Source: an uncultured bacterium
Lineage (GTDB): Bacteria > Patescibacteriota > Dojkabacteria > SC72
DNA length: 56,874 nt
Assembly: GCA_903906305.1 (NCBI GenBank)
Contig: CAIVJR010000003.1
Span: forward strand, 1 to 56,874
Direction: 5' to 3'
Shown here: piece by piece, positions 35,504 through 44,687 of the stretch
How positions within the stretch are numbered: the stretch's first letter is position 1
How the letters are laid out: each line of letters begins with the position of its first letter
Program-made: the position numbers and the translations under genes
Notes under the pieces: generated by a model
The model's input: only the letters and a program-made list of their open reading frames with translations
What the model was told of the DNA's origin: nothing
Databases searched by the model: none

Positions 35504-36647
35504 AAGAATATTAATAACTGGAGGAGGATCAGGTGGACATATCTCTGCTGCACTTTCAATAATTGGTTCGCTTCAAGAAAAATATTTGTTTGATGATGAA
35601 CACTTCCTCTATGTTGGCGGCGATTTGGGTATGGAAGGTGAAAAACCTGGAAATTCCATGGAACAAAAATTAATGAAAGACAAAGATTTCAACTGTAAAT
35701 ATATTAGACCTGGGAAATTACAAAGAACTTTCTCATTTAATACCATTAAATTACTTTTTAGAACAATATTAGGATTTTGGGATTCCTACAAAATAGTTAA
35801 GGAATTTAAACCAGATATTGTCATATCAACAGGAGGATTTGTTACCGTACATGTATGTTTAATGGCAAAGCTTTTTAAATCAAAGATATATCTACATGAA
35901 CAAACCGCAACAGTAGGACTTACAAATAATCTTGTTGGAAAAGTATCAGAAAAAGTATTCATCTCATTTGAATCTTCTAGAAAATATTTCACAAAAACTG
36001 AAACTGTTCTAACTGGCAATCTTGTTCGACCTGAAATTTTTAATACGAAAGGACAAGGGAAATTAGCAGAAGAGATTAGAAAGATGAAAGAACAGCAAGA
36101 TCAGTATCCAATTATATATATGTCTGGAGGCGGGCTTGGCTCACATTTGATCAATGAAACTGTTAAAGAATGTTTACCTTTGTTACTACAGAAATATCAA
36201 ATTATTCTTCAAACAGGGGATAACAAGGTATTTAAGGATTTTGAAATTATCGAGAACGCAAAGAAGTCATTACCCAATGAATTACAGGAAAGATTTCTCC
36301 CTATCACATATGTTCAAAGTAATGATATTGGATATCTTTTAAATAATATTGATTTGTTTGTAGGTAGAGCAGGGGCTAATACTGTGTATGAGATGGGTGT
36401 CTTACAAATTCCTTCCATATTCATTCCTATACCTTGGGTTACACATAATGAACAGCAGAAAAATGCAGAAGTTTTGGTTAAATTAGGATTAGCAGAGATA
36501 ATTCAAGAGGGAGAACTTACTTCGGGATGTATGGTTTTAAGGATAGATAAGTTCTTTGGTAGAAGATTGAATATTAACAAGGAAGAACTTAAAAAAGTAT
36601 TTAAAATTGATGCGAATAGATTGATACTGAAAGAGATTGGGATATAA
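35481..36647 (+). CDS. murG: lipid II synthase MurG (undecaprenyl-PP-MurNAc-pentapeptide GlcNAc transferase)
   Basis: 388 aa. N-terminal ITGGGSGGHISAAL G-loop and GT28 C-domain (GRAGANTVYE). Confidence 0.8.
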   Translation: MDKQRLDKRILITGGGSGGHISAALSIIGSLQEKYLFDDEHFLYVGGDLGMEGEKPGNSMEQKLMKDKDFNCKYIRPGKLQRTFSFNTIKLLFRTILGFWDSYKIVKEFKPDIVISTGGFVTVHVCLMAKLFKSKIYLHEQTATVGLTNNLVGKVSEKVFISFESSRKYFTKTETVLTGNLVRPEIFNTKGQGKLAEEIRKMKEQQDQYPIIYMSGGGLGSHLINETVKECLPLLLQKYQIILQTGDNKVFKDFEIIENAKKSLPNELQERFLPITYVQSNDIGYLLNNIDLFVGRAGANTVYEMGVLQIPSIFIPIPWVTHNEQQKNAEVLVKLGLAEIIQEGELTSGCMVLRIDKFFGRRLNINKEELKKVFKIDANRLILKEIGI

Positions 36648-36679
36648 GAGTCTTTAGCTTAATTAATATACAAATCATT

Positions 36680-37801
36680 ATGAAGAAAAATATACTCGTC
36701 GCTTTTGGAGGTGTCTCAAGTGAGCATGAGGTTTCAATAATTACAGGACTTCAAATACTAGAAAACATTGATAAAAGCATATACAACCCCATACCCTTGT
36801 ATATAACCAAAGACGGGTTGCTCCTTTTAATACCAAATTTAAAAAATAAAAAGGCATTCTTTACCGAAAAAAGAATATTGTGCCACTTTGGTAAAGATAA
36901 CAAGGGTTCATTTGTACAATATGGATCATTTGGCAAAAAAGAATATATCTATTCAGCATACCTAGCATTACATGGAGGAATGGGTGAGGGAGGTCAATTA
37001 CAAGGAATGTTAGAATGCTTTGACTTCGCATATACTTCTCCTGATTATGAATCTTCCGTAGTATGCATGAATAAGAATATAGCAAAAGAAATTCTTGCAT
37101 ATTATGACATTCCAACTGTTAAAGGTTTCGCCTTTAAAGATATGGATTTTGAAAAAGATTCTGAGAAAGTAATGGAAAGCATAAAAAATAACATTGGATT
37201 TCCAGCTATTATAAAACCCGCTCATCTCGGTTCTACGATTGGAATCAATATTGCCAATAATGAGTCTGAACTAAGCAAATATCTCTCGGCAGCAGTACAA
37301 ATAGATAAAGAAATCTTAGTAGAAGAATTTTTAACTGATATCAAAGAGTTTAATATCTCTGCTAGAACTATTAATGGTGAAATTCAACTTAGCGAGATAG
37401 AGGAACCTATAAAAAAATCAAACCTTCTAAGTTTCGATGACAAGTATGCCAATGGAGCAAAGAAGACAGGTGGTATGGCTAGCTTAGATAGAAATCTTCC
37501 TGCAAATATCTCCGATGCCTTAAGAAATGAAATCTACGATTTAGCAATAAAAACCTTTAAGGCTTTAAGATGTTCGAAATTGGTACGAATTGATTTTATA
37601 TATTCGAAAGAGAAACTATATATTTGTGAAGTAAACCAAATTCCAGGATCTATGGCTTTCTACCTTTGGGAAGCAAAGGGAATTATGTTCCAATCTCAAA
37701 TTACAGATTTAATAGAAGAGTCAATTCTTGATAGAGACCGAGTACAAAAGAAAAGATTTTCTTACTCTACAGACATTGTAGAAAAGTTTGTATCCGCATA
37801 G
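36680..37801 (+). CDS. ddl: D-alanine--D-alanine ligase
   Basis: 373 aa. GGVSSEHEVS N-terminus, ATP-grasp fold, C-terminal EVNQIPG. Confidence 0.85.
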   Translation: MKKNILVAFGGVSSEHEVSIITGLQILENIDKSIYNPIPLYITKDGLLLLIPNLKNKKAFFTEKRILCHFGKDNKGSFVQYGSFGKKEYIYSAYLALHGGMGEGGQLQGMLECFDFAYTSPDYESSVVCMNKNIAKEILAYYDIPTVKGFAFKDMDFEKDSEKVMESIKNNIGFPAIIKPAHLGSTIGINIANNESELSKYLSAAVQIDKEILVEEFLTDIKEFNISARTINGEIQLSEIEEPIKKSNLLSFDDKYANGAKKTGGMASLDRNLPANISDALRNEIYDLAIKTFKALRCSKLVRIDFIYSKEKLYICEVNQIPGSMAFYLWEAKGIMFQSQITDLIEESILDRDRVQKKRFSYSTDIVEKFVSA

Positions 37802-39189
37802 TACAAATCATTTAGTTCTGGTTGCATCAACACTATATGTTTGTCTGGAGAAAATTCATCTGTGATTATTTCCCATGCATTAGACATTGAATCTGCATAC
37901 TTTATTTGAGAGGATCCTAATCCTTTTTGAATCTCTAATACCAAATTTGTTTTAAGAAGAATAATATTTGAAATCTTATTTTCAGCAAGGAATCTTCCAT
38001 AATCTTCATTGGCTGTCCTATTCTCCTTTCCAAGTTCAGGAATACCACCCGCTATTATAATCAACTCTTTCCCCTCTGCATTTGCCCTCTTCATAGCTTC
38101 TAAAACTCCCGCTTTGGCAGTATCAAAACTAATATTGTACGAATTATCTAATGTGGCAAAACCATTTTTGATAATCTCCTGGCTTCTTCTTTCTGGAAGT
38201 TTTAATTTATTCATTTCATCCTTTACATATTCAGATGGGATTTTTAGCAATTCACATAGCTTTAATGCAAATCTAGCATTATATTTATTTATCTCCGATA
38301 AACTCTCTACTTCAATCTTTTCATTATCATATTCCAAATCTCCACTGTCCTTGAGCATATGGAATCTATCTTCTCCATACATTTTGAATAGATCAAATCC
38401 TAAAGATAGAAAATCTTCTTGAGTCTTCTTTGTTAGAATAATAGGAGCATCCTTTTTAGAATATCTTATTGCCTCTAATAATGTTTCAGCTAATCTCTTC
38501 TTCGAGCCTAATCTTTCTAAGTGTTGATCCCCAATTGCAGTAATGATGACGAAATCCGGAGATATAATTTTACAACAGTCTGCAATTTCTCCTAATTTAT
38601 AGCCATCTGTCTCAGCAATTAAGACATCTGTATTTCTGTTTAGATTTTTCATTAACCACACAGCTATTCCAGTAGGTGTATTTATATTTCCAGCTACCAT
38701 TTGAGATTTGTAATTATACTGTATTAATTGTTGAATAAAATTTTTGGTTGTTGTCTTACCATATGAACCAACAATCATTATATTTTTTGTTCCAGTTTCA
38801 TTTACTAACCTCTTCGCCTTATTCTGCAAATTCTTTTTTATTAAGAAATAGAATGGCTCAAGCATTAAACTAGAAATACCTACCCATGTTGGAATAAGAA
38901 CAATAGAGAGAATCAACAATCCTAAACATACAAATCCTGTAATCACCCAATTACTCCAGACTAGTAAAGATAACAATCCTAAGATAATAGGGACATATAG
39001 CGTTAAAATGACTGAAAGAATATATGTGAGCTGTATCCTGGAAGTTAGCACAAGCTTTTCATGAATCATAAAGCCTCTTCTAAAAAACAACTTCAAAACT
39101 CTTTTAAAATATCTATCATAATAATATTCCTCAAGCTGAAGAATATATAGGAAATCTGCATATGGGAATATTTGTTTAATCATTTTCAT
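37762..39189 (-). CDS. murF: MurF-like Mur ligase with N-terminal transmembrane extension
   Basis: 475 aa. P-loop VGSYGKTTTK, GNINTPTG, ETDGYKLGEI, ITAIGDQHLERLGS and C-domain GIPELG. Residues about 45-115 form 2-3 hydrophobic helices in place of the usual soluble N-domain. Confidence 0.7.
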   Translation of the reverse strand: MKMIKQIFPYADFLYILQLEEYYYDRYFKRVLKLFFRRGFMIHEKLVLTSRIQLTYILSVILTLYVPIILGLLSLLVWSNWVITGFVCLGLLILSIVLIPTWVGISSLMLEPFYFLIKKNLQNKAKRLVNETGTKNIMIVGSYGKTTTKNFIQQLIQYNYKSQMVAGNINTPTGIAVWLMKNLNRNTDVLIAETDGYKLGEIADCCKIISPDFVIITAIGDQHLERLGSKKRLAETLLEAIRYSKKDAPIILTKKTQEDFLSLGFDLFKMYGEDRFHMLKDSGDLEYDNEKIEVESLSEINKYNARFALKLCELLKIPSEYVKDEMNKLKLPERRSQEIIKNGFATLDNSYNISFDTAKAGVLEAMKRANAEGKELIIIAGGIPELGKENRTANEDYGRFLAENKISNIILLKTNLVLEIQKGLGSSQIKYADSMSNAWEIITDEFSPDKHIVLMQPELNDLYYADTNFSTMSVE

Positions 39190-39871
39190 ATATTTCAGAA
39201 ATAATCTTTTTTATAATACCATTAAAGAGAATAGGGTTCTCTAAATGTAAGAAATGAGTTGCATTAGGAACAATTACTTCCTTCGAGTTAGCAATCAATT
39301 CATGCATTTCATTAGCTATCTCAATTCTTACAGAAGCATCTTTGTCACCCTGAATTATATATGTTGGAACATTAATTTTCTTTAATTCTTCTGTTTGATC
39401 AAACGGAATTGTTTTTCTAAATATCTTAGCCAGAGAAGTATTTTCAACATTTTTTTGATCATCACTCTTAAAACTCTGTAGAAACGATTGAGGAAGTATT
39501 CTCTTTAATATTTTGTATACTCCGATTTTTCTTTTAATCTGTGTTGTTGGTCTATATAGTGAAGGAGTTGCATACAAGATTAAGGCTGAAAGATAACTTG
39601 GCTGTGAGGAGGCAAGGTATGAAGCCACACGACCTCCAAACGAGTGACCTAACAAAACAATTTTCTTATTTGATAATTTTTTATTAATTTTCTCATTTAC
39701 CCAATTCGCATATTCAGGTATAGACCAGTTATCATCAATTAATGGTTCTTTTCCAAAACCAGGGAGATCCCATGAGATTACTTCATATTTTGAGCTTAAC
39801 TCTTTTTCAAAATTGATCCAATCTGCTCGATCTCTTTGCCAACCATGTAATAAAACAAAAACCTTTTCCAT
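39176..39871 (-). CDS. alpha/beta-fold hydrolase
   Basis: 231 aa with nucleophile elbow GHSFGG and a HG oxyanion motif near the N-terminus (LLHGW). 14-nt overlap with the murF start. Confidence 0.7.
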   Translation of the reverse strand: MEKVFVLLHGWQRDRADWINFEKELSSKYEVISWDLPGFGKEPLIDDNWSIPEYANWVNEKINKKLSNKKIVLLGHSFGGRVASYLASSQPSYLSALILYATPSLYRPTTQIKRKIGVYKILKRILPQSFLQSFKSDDQKNVENTSLAKIFRKTIPFDQTEELKKINVPTYIIQGDKDASVRIEIANEMHELIANSKEVIVPNATHFLHLENPILFNGIIKKIISEIYEND

Positions 39872-40115
39872 ATATTATTGATTAGTTTATATCTATTTCC
39901 ATTATACCTAAGACATTTATTTGCACAACCCCTTTTAAGCATTCTTGATAGATAATTATTAAATTTTTCAATAAATATCGCTATCGGTTCGTGTTCACAT
40001 TTTAGACATCAAAGAGATGATCTCTCTCTAATCGGTCAATATCATATAGCCTAGAATATTATATATTATCCTGTAGTTATATTTTCTTGACGGTTATATT
40101 GGTTAATGTTAAATT

Positions 40116-40140
40116 AGTGGCATGAAGTGGTGAGAAGTGG
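40116..40140 (+). promoter_or_regulatory. candidate MraZ operator: three AGTGG direct repeats at 10-bp phasing
   Basis: AGTGG at 40116-40120, 40126-40130 and 40136-40140 (AGTGGcatgaAGTGGtgagaAGTGG), immediately upstream of and overlapping the mraZ -10 region. Confidence 0.6.
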
Positions 40141-40146
40141 TAAAAT
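40138..40146 (+). promoter_or_regulatory. extended -10 promoter of mraZ (TGGTAAAAT), leaderless geometry
   Basis: TGn plus TAAAAT, ending 6 nt before ATG 40153. An alternative upstream sigma70-like pair is TTGACG 40087-40092 / TAAATT 40110-40115 (17-nt spacer). Confidence 0.55.
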
Positions 40147-40152
40147 CCTAGT

Positions 40153-40596
40153 ATGTTAATAGGAGAGTACCATGGAAAGCTTAGCAATAAGAAAAGAACA
40201 TCACTTCCAAAAAAGTTCAGAAATGAACTAGGTGAGAACATAATACTCACCAGGGGATATGAAGATGCACTTATACTTGTAAACCAAGATATGTGGCAAA
40301 AAATAGCCCAAGATGTTATAAATGGCTCTTTTATAAATAAAAACATCCGTGATACTAGTAGATTCTTAGTCGGAAGTGCTACAGAGATCCAAACAGATAA
40401 GCAAGGAAGATTCATAATCCCACAAGCATTATTTGATCATGCTCAATTAAAAGAAGACGTAGTCTTCATTGGTTTAGTAAATTGGGTTGAAGTTTGGGAC
40501 AAAGATATGTGGCAAAAGCGATTGGAATACCTAAAGAAAAACGGGGATGAAATTGCTCAAGAATTGACTAATATGAATAACAAGAACAATGGATAA
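40153..40596 (+). CDS. mraZ: transcriptional regulator MraZ
   Basis: 147 aa. Duplicated SpoVT/AbrB-like halves (D.KGR pattern: TDKQGRFIIP). First gene of the dcw block. Confidence 0.85.
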   Translation: MLIGEYHGKLSNKKRTSLPKKFRNELGENIILTRGYEDALILVNQDMWQKIAQDVINGSFINKNIRDTSRFLVGSATEIQTDKQGRFIIPQALFDHAQLKEDVVFIGLVNWVEVWDKDMWQKRLEYLKKNGDEIAQELTNMNNKNNG

Positions 40597-41467
40597 AATA
40601 CATGTACCAGTACTCTTAAACGAATCAATCGATTCATTAAACATTAAGCCAGATGGTTTCTATGTAGATTGTACATTAGGAGATGGGGGACACAGTCAAA
40701 CAATCTTAAAACAATTATCATCCAAAGGATTACTACTTAGTATCGATCAAGATAGTTTTGCAATTGAGTTTGTAAAAAGTTATTACAAATCTCAATCTAA
40801 CTGGATAATCAAACAGTCCAATTTCAGATATATAGATAAACTAGTAGCTGAGATAGGAAGAACACCAGATGGCATACTCATGGATTTAGGACTTTCTTCA
40901 AGGCAACTAGAAGAATCACACAACAGAGGATTCAGTTATCAAGAAGATCAAGAACCTTTAGATATGAGAATGGATACCAACTTAGGAGTCACTGCAAAGG
41001 ATATATTGGTTGTATTAAACAATAAACAATTAGCCAAACTATTCTTAGAATACGGAGAAGAACGATATTCAGCTCTAATAGCTAAAACTATTAAAGAAAA
41101 TATCGATCACATTAATACTGTCGGAGATCTTACAAGACTTATCTACAAAGTCGTACCGGCGAACAATACTATTAAGAACCCTTCCCGCAGAGTCTTTCAG
41201 GCCCTGCGGATCGTGGTAAATGATGAGTTAGATTCGCTTACCGAGACATTAGATAGATCTTTTAAGCTCTTACAAAAGAATGGAAGATTATCCGTAATAT
41301 CTTTCCACTCATTGGAAGACAGAATTGTGAAAACTTACTTTAACGACAAGGCTGGAAGCGGGGAAGGCGAATTACTCTTCAAAAGTTCAATTGCCCCAAC
41401 CGACACTGAGATAGAGCAAAACTCTAGATCCGCTTCTGCCAAGTTGAGATGTCTAATTAAAAATTAA
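40589..41467 (+). CDS. rsmH: 16S rRNA (cytosine1402-N4)-methyltransferase RsmH
   Basis: 292 aa. HVPVLL N-terminus, DCTLGDGGHS SAM motif, DLGLSS, SFHSLEDR. Confidence 0.9.
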   Translation: MDKIHVPVLLNESIDSLNIKPDGFYVDCTLGDGGHSQTILKQLSSKGLLLSIDQDSFAIEFVKSYYKSQSNWIIKQSNFRYIDKLVAEIGRTPDGILMDLGLSSRQLEESHNRGFSYQEDQEPLDMRMDTNLGVTAKDILVVLNNKQLAKLFLEYGEERYSALIAKTIKENIDHINTVGDLTRLIYKVVPANNTIKNPSRRVFQALRIVVNDELDSLTETLDRSFKLLQKNGRLSVISFHSLEDRIVKTYFNDKAGSGEGELLFKSSIAPTDTEIEQNSRSASAKLRCLIKN

Positions 41468-41485
41468 AATCTAGTACTGCCCAGT

Positions 41486-41788
41486 ATGACAATTTACAAT
41501 ACAAGAAAAAATATACCTGCTGCTGTCTTCACATTTTCAATGGTAGCTTTTGTACTATGCCAGTTAGTTATAAATGCAGTATTAAATCCACTAGGTACAG
41601 AATTACAAAATTTAAATAGAGAAAAGAACTTCTTAGTTGAAGAAAATAGAACAATGGAAGAGCAAGTAGCAAAAACAAGCTCAATTACTGTCATTAAGAA
41701 ATTAGCAGACAAACAATTAGACATTAGATCACAAAGCCAGAAATCAATTATATATTTAGAGCAATCTGCAGTATTAGCAGAAAAATAA
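41486..41788 (+). CDS. ftsL: FtsL-like bitopic division protein
   Basis: 100 aa with one N-terminal TM helix then a coiled-coil. Assignment is positional (between rsmH and ftsI). Confidence 0.5.
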   Translation: MTIYNTRKNIPAAVFTFSMVAFVLCQLVINAVLNPLGTELQNLNREKNFLVEENRTMEEQVAKTSSITVIKKLADKQLDIRSQSQKSIIYLEQSAVLAEK

Positions 41789-41789
41789 A

Positions 41790-43622
41790 ATGGCTAAGCT
41801 AAATCATCTCTATACTTCTCAAAAAAAGGTTAGGGGTAACAAGATTTCTACTAAGTCCCATCACAACAATATCTCCCTCGTTGGTTATGCCGTTTCCATA
41901 CTTGCAGGCTTAATACTTCTGCAGATCTTCCGATGGCAGGTTATCGATTCTGGAGCCCTCAAATCCCTTGCAAGCGAACAATATCAATCAAGTGGTACAC
42001 AAACAGCTTCCAGAGGTAAAATCTCTGCAGCAGACGGTACTATACTCGCTGTTGACCAACCAGTTTGGGATGTATATGCAACTTTAAGCACAGACGAAAC
42101 AGAGAGAAAGAAATTCTTTGATCAAAAGGATAAATTCGTAACCGAAGTTGCAAGTATTCTAAGTGTAGAAAAGACCACTATTGAGGAGAAAATAACGGAT
42201 GGTTTTGTCTATGTCAGTCTTGCAAAAAGTATACCAACAGATATTAAAAATGCTCTAGCACAAGCCAATATATTTGGAGACGGTACAGCAGGCTTTGGCC
42301 TCTACTTCGAAAACAGAGAACAAAGGGTATATCCCAATGGGACCCTAGCCGCACATTTGCTTGGATTCATTGGAAAAGATGAAACAGGAGACGCCATAGG
42401 GCAATATGGAATCCAAGGTTACTACTTCAGAGATCTAAACGGAACGGAAGGATATACGTATGAAGAAAAGGATTCCGCAGGAAACGTTATCCTTACATCC
42501 GAATACGATCCAATACTCCCTCGAGAAGGAAAAGACTTTACCTTAACAATTAATCCTAATTTGCAAACAAAAGTAGAGGAGCAATTAGAAAAGGGTGTTA
42601 AAGATACAAGATCAAAAAGTGGATCAGTCATCATTATGGATCCAAAAACTGGAGCAATATTGGCTATGGCCAACTATCCAACATACACACCTTCTGAATA
42701 TTGGAGAATTTCGGAACCATGGATATTGAAGAATAGGGCAGTATCTGATGTATATGAGTACGGGTCAGTACAAAAACCAATAACCTTGGCAATTGCATTA
42801 GATGCAGGAACAATCAAAGAAGATTACACCTGTAATGATAGCACTGGGAAACTTGATTTGTATGAAGAAACCGGATATCTAGATTTAAAAGGTCGATTCA
42901 TATATACATGGAACAAAAAGGCCAATGGTGTATTAAATATTGCAGGAATCTTTGCAAAATCAAACAACCCATGTGCCGCTAAAGCAGGATTAACTGTTGA
43001 TCTTCCGAAATTCTACTCATACCTCCAAGCATTTGGTATTGGACAATTCATTGGGGTAGGATTGCAAGATGAAAGTACCAGCTACATGAAGCCTTTAGCA
43101 CAGTGGACTCTGTTAGATCAAATTACCGCCTCATATGGGCAAGGAATTTCCGCAACAGAGCTACAGGTAGTATCTGCATTAAGTGCAATAGCTAACCATG
43201 GAACAAGGATGAGACCATATGTAATCTCACAAATCAGTGATGAGAAAGAAACCATAAATATTACTCCACAGGTTTTGTCACAACCAGTTTCAAAAGAAGT
43301 AGCAGATATTGTAAGTAAGGATATGGCAGAAGGAGTACAACAAGATGCACTCGGAGGATTAGCAAAAGATTTAAAAAATTACAAAATTGCAGCTAAGACA
43401 GGAACTGCACAAGTCGCAAAATCGGATGGTGCAGGTTACCTAGATGATCTAAGTAATGCAACTGCTGTTGGCTTTGCTCCATACGATAATCCGAAATTCA
43501 TCATGATTGTTAAATTAGAAGAACCCCAGGTAAGTACGTATGCATCATACACATCTGTACCTGTTTGGAGAGATATTTTCCTTGCCATAAAGGATGACCT
43601 GGAAATACAAGAGGAGAATTGA
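41790..43622 (+). CDS. ftsI: class B penicillin-binding protein (FtsI/PBP2 transpeptidase)
   Basis: 610 aa. N-terminal TM anchor and the transpeptidase triad SVQK, SNN, KTGTA. Confidence 0.85.
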   Translation: MAKLNHLYTSQKKVRGNKISTKSHHNNISLVGYAVSILAGLILLQIFRWQVIDSGALKSLASEQYQSSGTQTASRGKISAADGTILAVDQPVWDVYATLSTDETERKKFFDQKDKFVTEVASILSVEKTTIEEKITDGFVYVSLAKSIPTDIKNALAQANIFGDGTAGFGLYFENREQRVYPNGTLAAHLLGFIGKDETGDAIGQYGIQGYYFRDLNGTEGYTYEEKDSAGNVILTSEYDPILPREGKDFTLTINPNLQTKVEEQLEKGVKDTRSKSGSVIIMDPKTGAILAMANYPTYTPSEYWRISEPWILKNRAVSDVYEYGSVQKPITLAIALDAGTIKEDYTCNDSTGKLDLYEETGYLDLKGRFIYTWNKKANGVLNIAGIFAKSNNPCAAKAGLTVDLPKFYSYLQAFGIGQFIGVGLQDESTSYMKPLAQWTLLDQITASYGQGISATELQVVSALSAIANHGTRMRPYVISQISDEKETINITPQVLSQPVSKEVADIVSKDMAEGVQQDALGGLAKDLKNYKIAAKTGTAQVAKSDGAGYLDDLSNATAVGFAPYDNPKFIMIVKLEEPQVSTYASYTSVPVWRDIFLAIKDDLEIQEEN

Positions 43623-43655
43623 GATAATAGATAAATTAATTAATAGAAAGTACAT

Positions 43656-44687
43656 ATGATTGACATATTAAGAACTGGATTAACCTACCTCTTCCTCGCA
43701 ATACTTTGCTCTGCGATCTTTGCTCCAATTATGATTAGTATCTTGTACAAGTTTAATCAAGTAAGTGGATTAAAGAAATCAAAGATAGGGGCTGAAGAAA
43801 ATGGAGATAACTCCCTTTTTCTTAGAATAATGAGAGTTACTGAAACGAATGGTACCCCTAATATGGGTGGGATATTAATATGGATTGTTGTACCTATCAT
43901 TGTTGCTTTAACCGTAACCCTAACACCAGTTATAAAAGTATTCTTGTTAGGGTTTATATTGTATGGATTATGGGGATTCTTAGATGTTGTTGTATTTACA
44001 AATGGTTTTAAAAACAATGAGAAGATGAAAGCTTTCCAAGAGACCTTTGAATGGAGAATGGGCAAGCTTGCATTCGCTACGTTGATTAATATTGGGATTA
44101 TGTTTTTACTTTACAAAACAGGACTATTTGAATCTCTTTCTTTTTTTAATATATTTTCAATAACCATTACACCATTAATAGTCATACTCCTTGGATTTGT
44201 AGGACAACTTGCAATATATTCCGCAGAACTCACAGACGGATTAGATGGTTTAATGATGGGTATATTCTCAATAATTAACTTTGCAATGATTGTACTCTTA
44301 CTCGTACAAGGAAAAACTGAGTTTATCCCTGTGCTATGTATCATTCTCGGAGTGCAAGTAATTGATCTTTACTTCAATATTCCACCTGCAAGATTCTGGA
44401 ATGGTGGGCCAGGAGCTATGCCACTTGGTTTTGCCATATTCTTCATAGGTGTAGTTACAGACAATGTTATTCCATACTTAGCGATGTCTGCTATGCCATG
44501 GATCATAATGGCTTCAAGTGCTATACAAATCTTGAGCTTGAAATTCCTTAAGAAGAGAGTATTCATAATCGCTCCAATACATCATCATTTCCAAGCTAAG
44601 GGATGGCCACAGTACAAAGTAACAATGAGATTTTGGTTGTTTACAGCAATATTCTGTATCTTAGGAATATATTTAGGATTACTCTAA
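43656..44687 (+). CDS. mraY: phospho-N-acetylmuramoyl-pentapeptide transferase MraY
   Basis: 343 aa, about 10 TM helices, motifs LTDGLDGL and APIHHHF. Confidence 0.85.
   Translation: MIDILRTGLTYLFLAILCSAIFAPIMISILYKFNQVSGLKKSKIGAEENGDNSLFLRIMRVTETNGTPNMGGILIWIVVPIIVALTVTLTPVIKVFLLGFILYGLWGFLDVVVFTNGFKNNEKMKAFQETFEWRMGKLAFATLINIGIMFLLYKTGLFESLSFFNIFSITITPLIVILLGFVGQLAIYSAELTDGLDGLMMGIFSIINFAMIVLLLVQGKTEFIPVLCIILGVQVIDLYFNIPPARFWNGGPGAMPLGFAIFFIGVVTDNVIPYLAMSAMPWIIMASSAIQILSLKFLKKRVFIIAPIHHHFQAKGWPQYKVTMRFWLFTAIFCILGIYLGLL

Noticed and set aside
40087-40115. TTGACG-17-TAAATT as the sole mraZ promoter
   Set aside because: Not discarded, but ranked second. The TGGTAAAAT-N6-ATG arrangement is identical to that of several other genes in the window. 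Both could be active, and only TSS mapping can decide.
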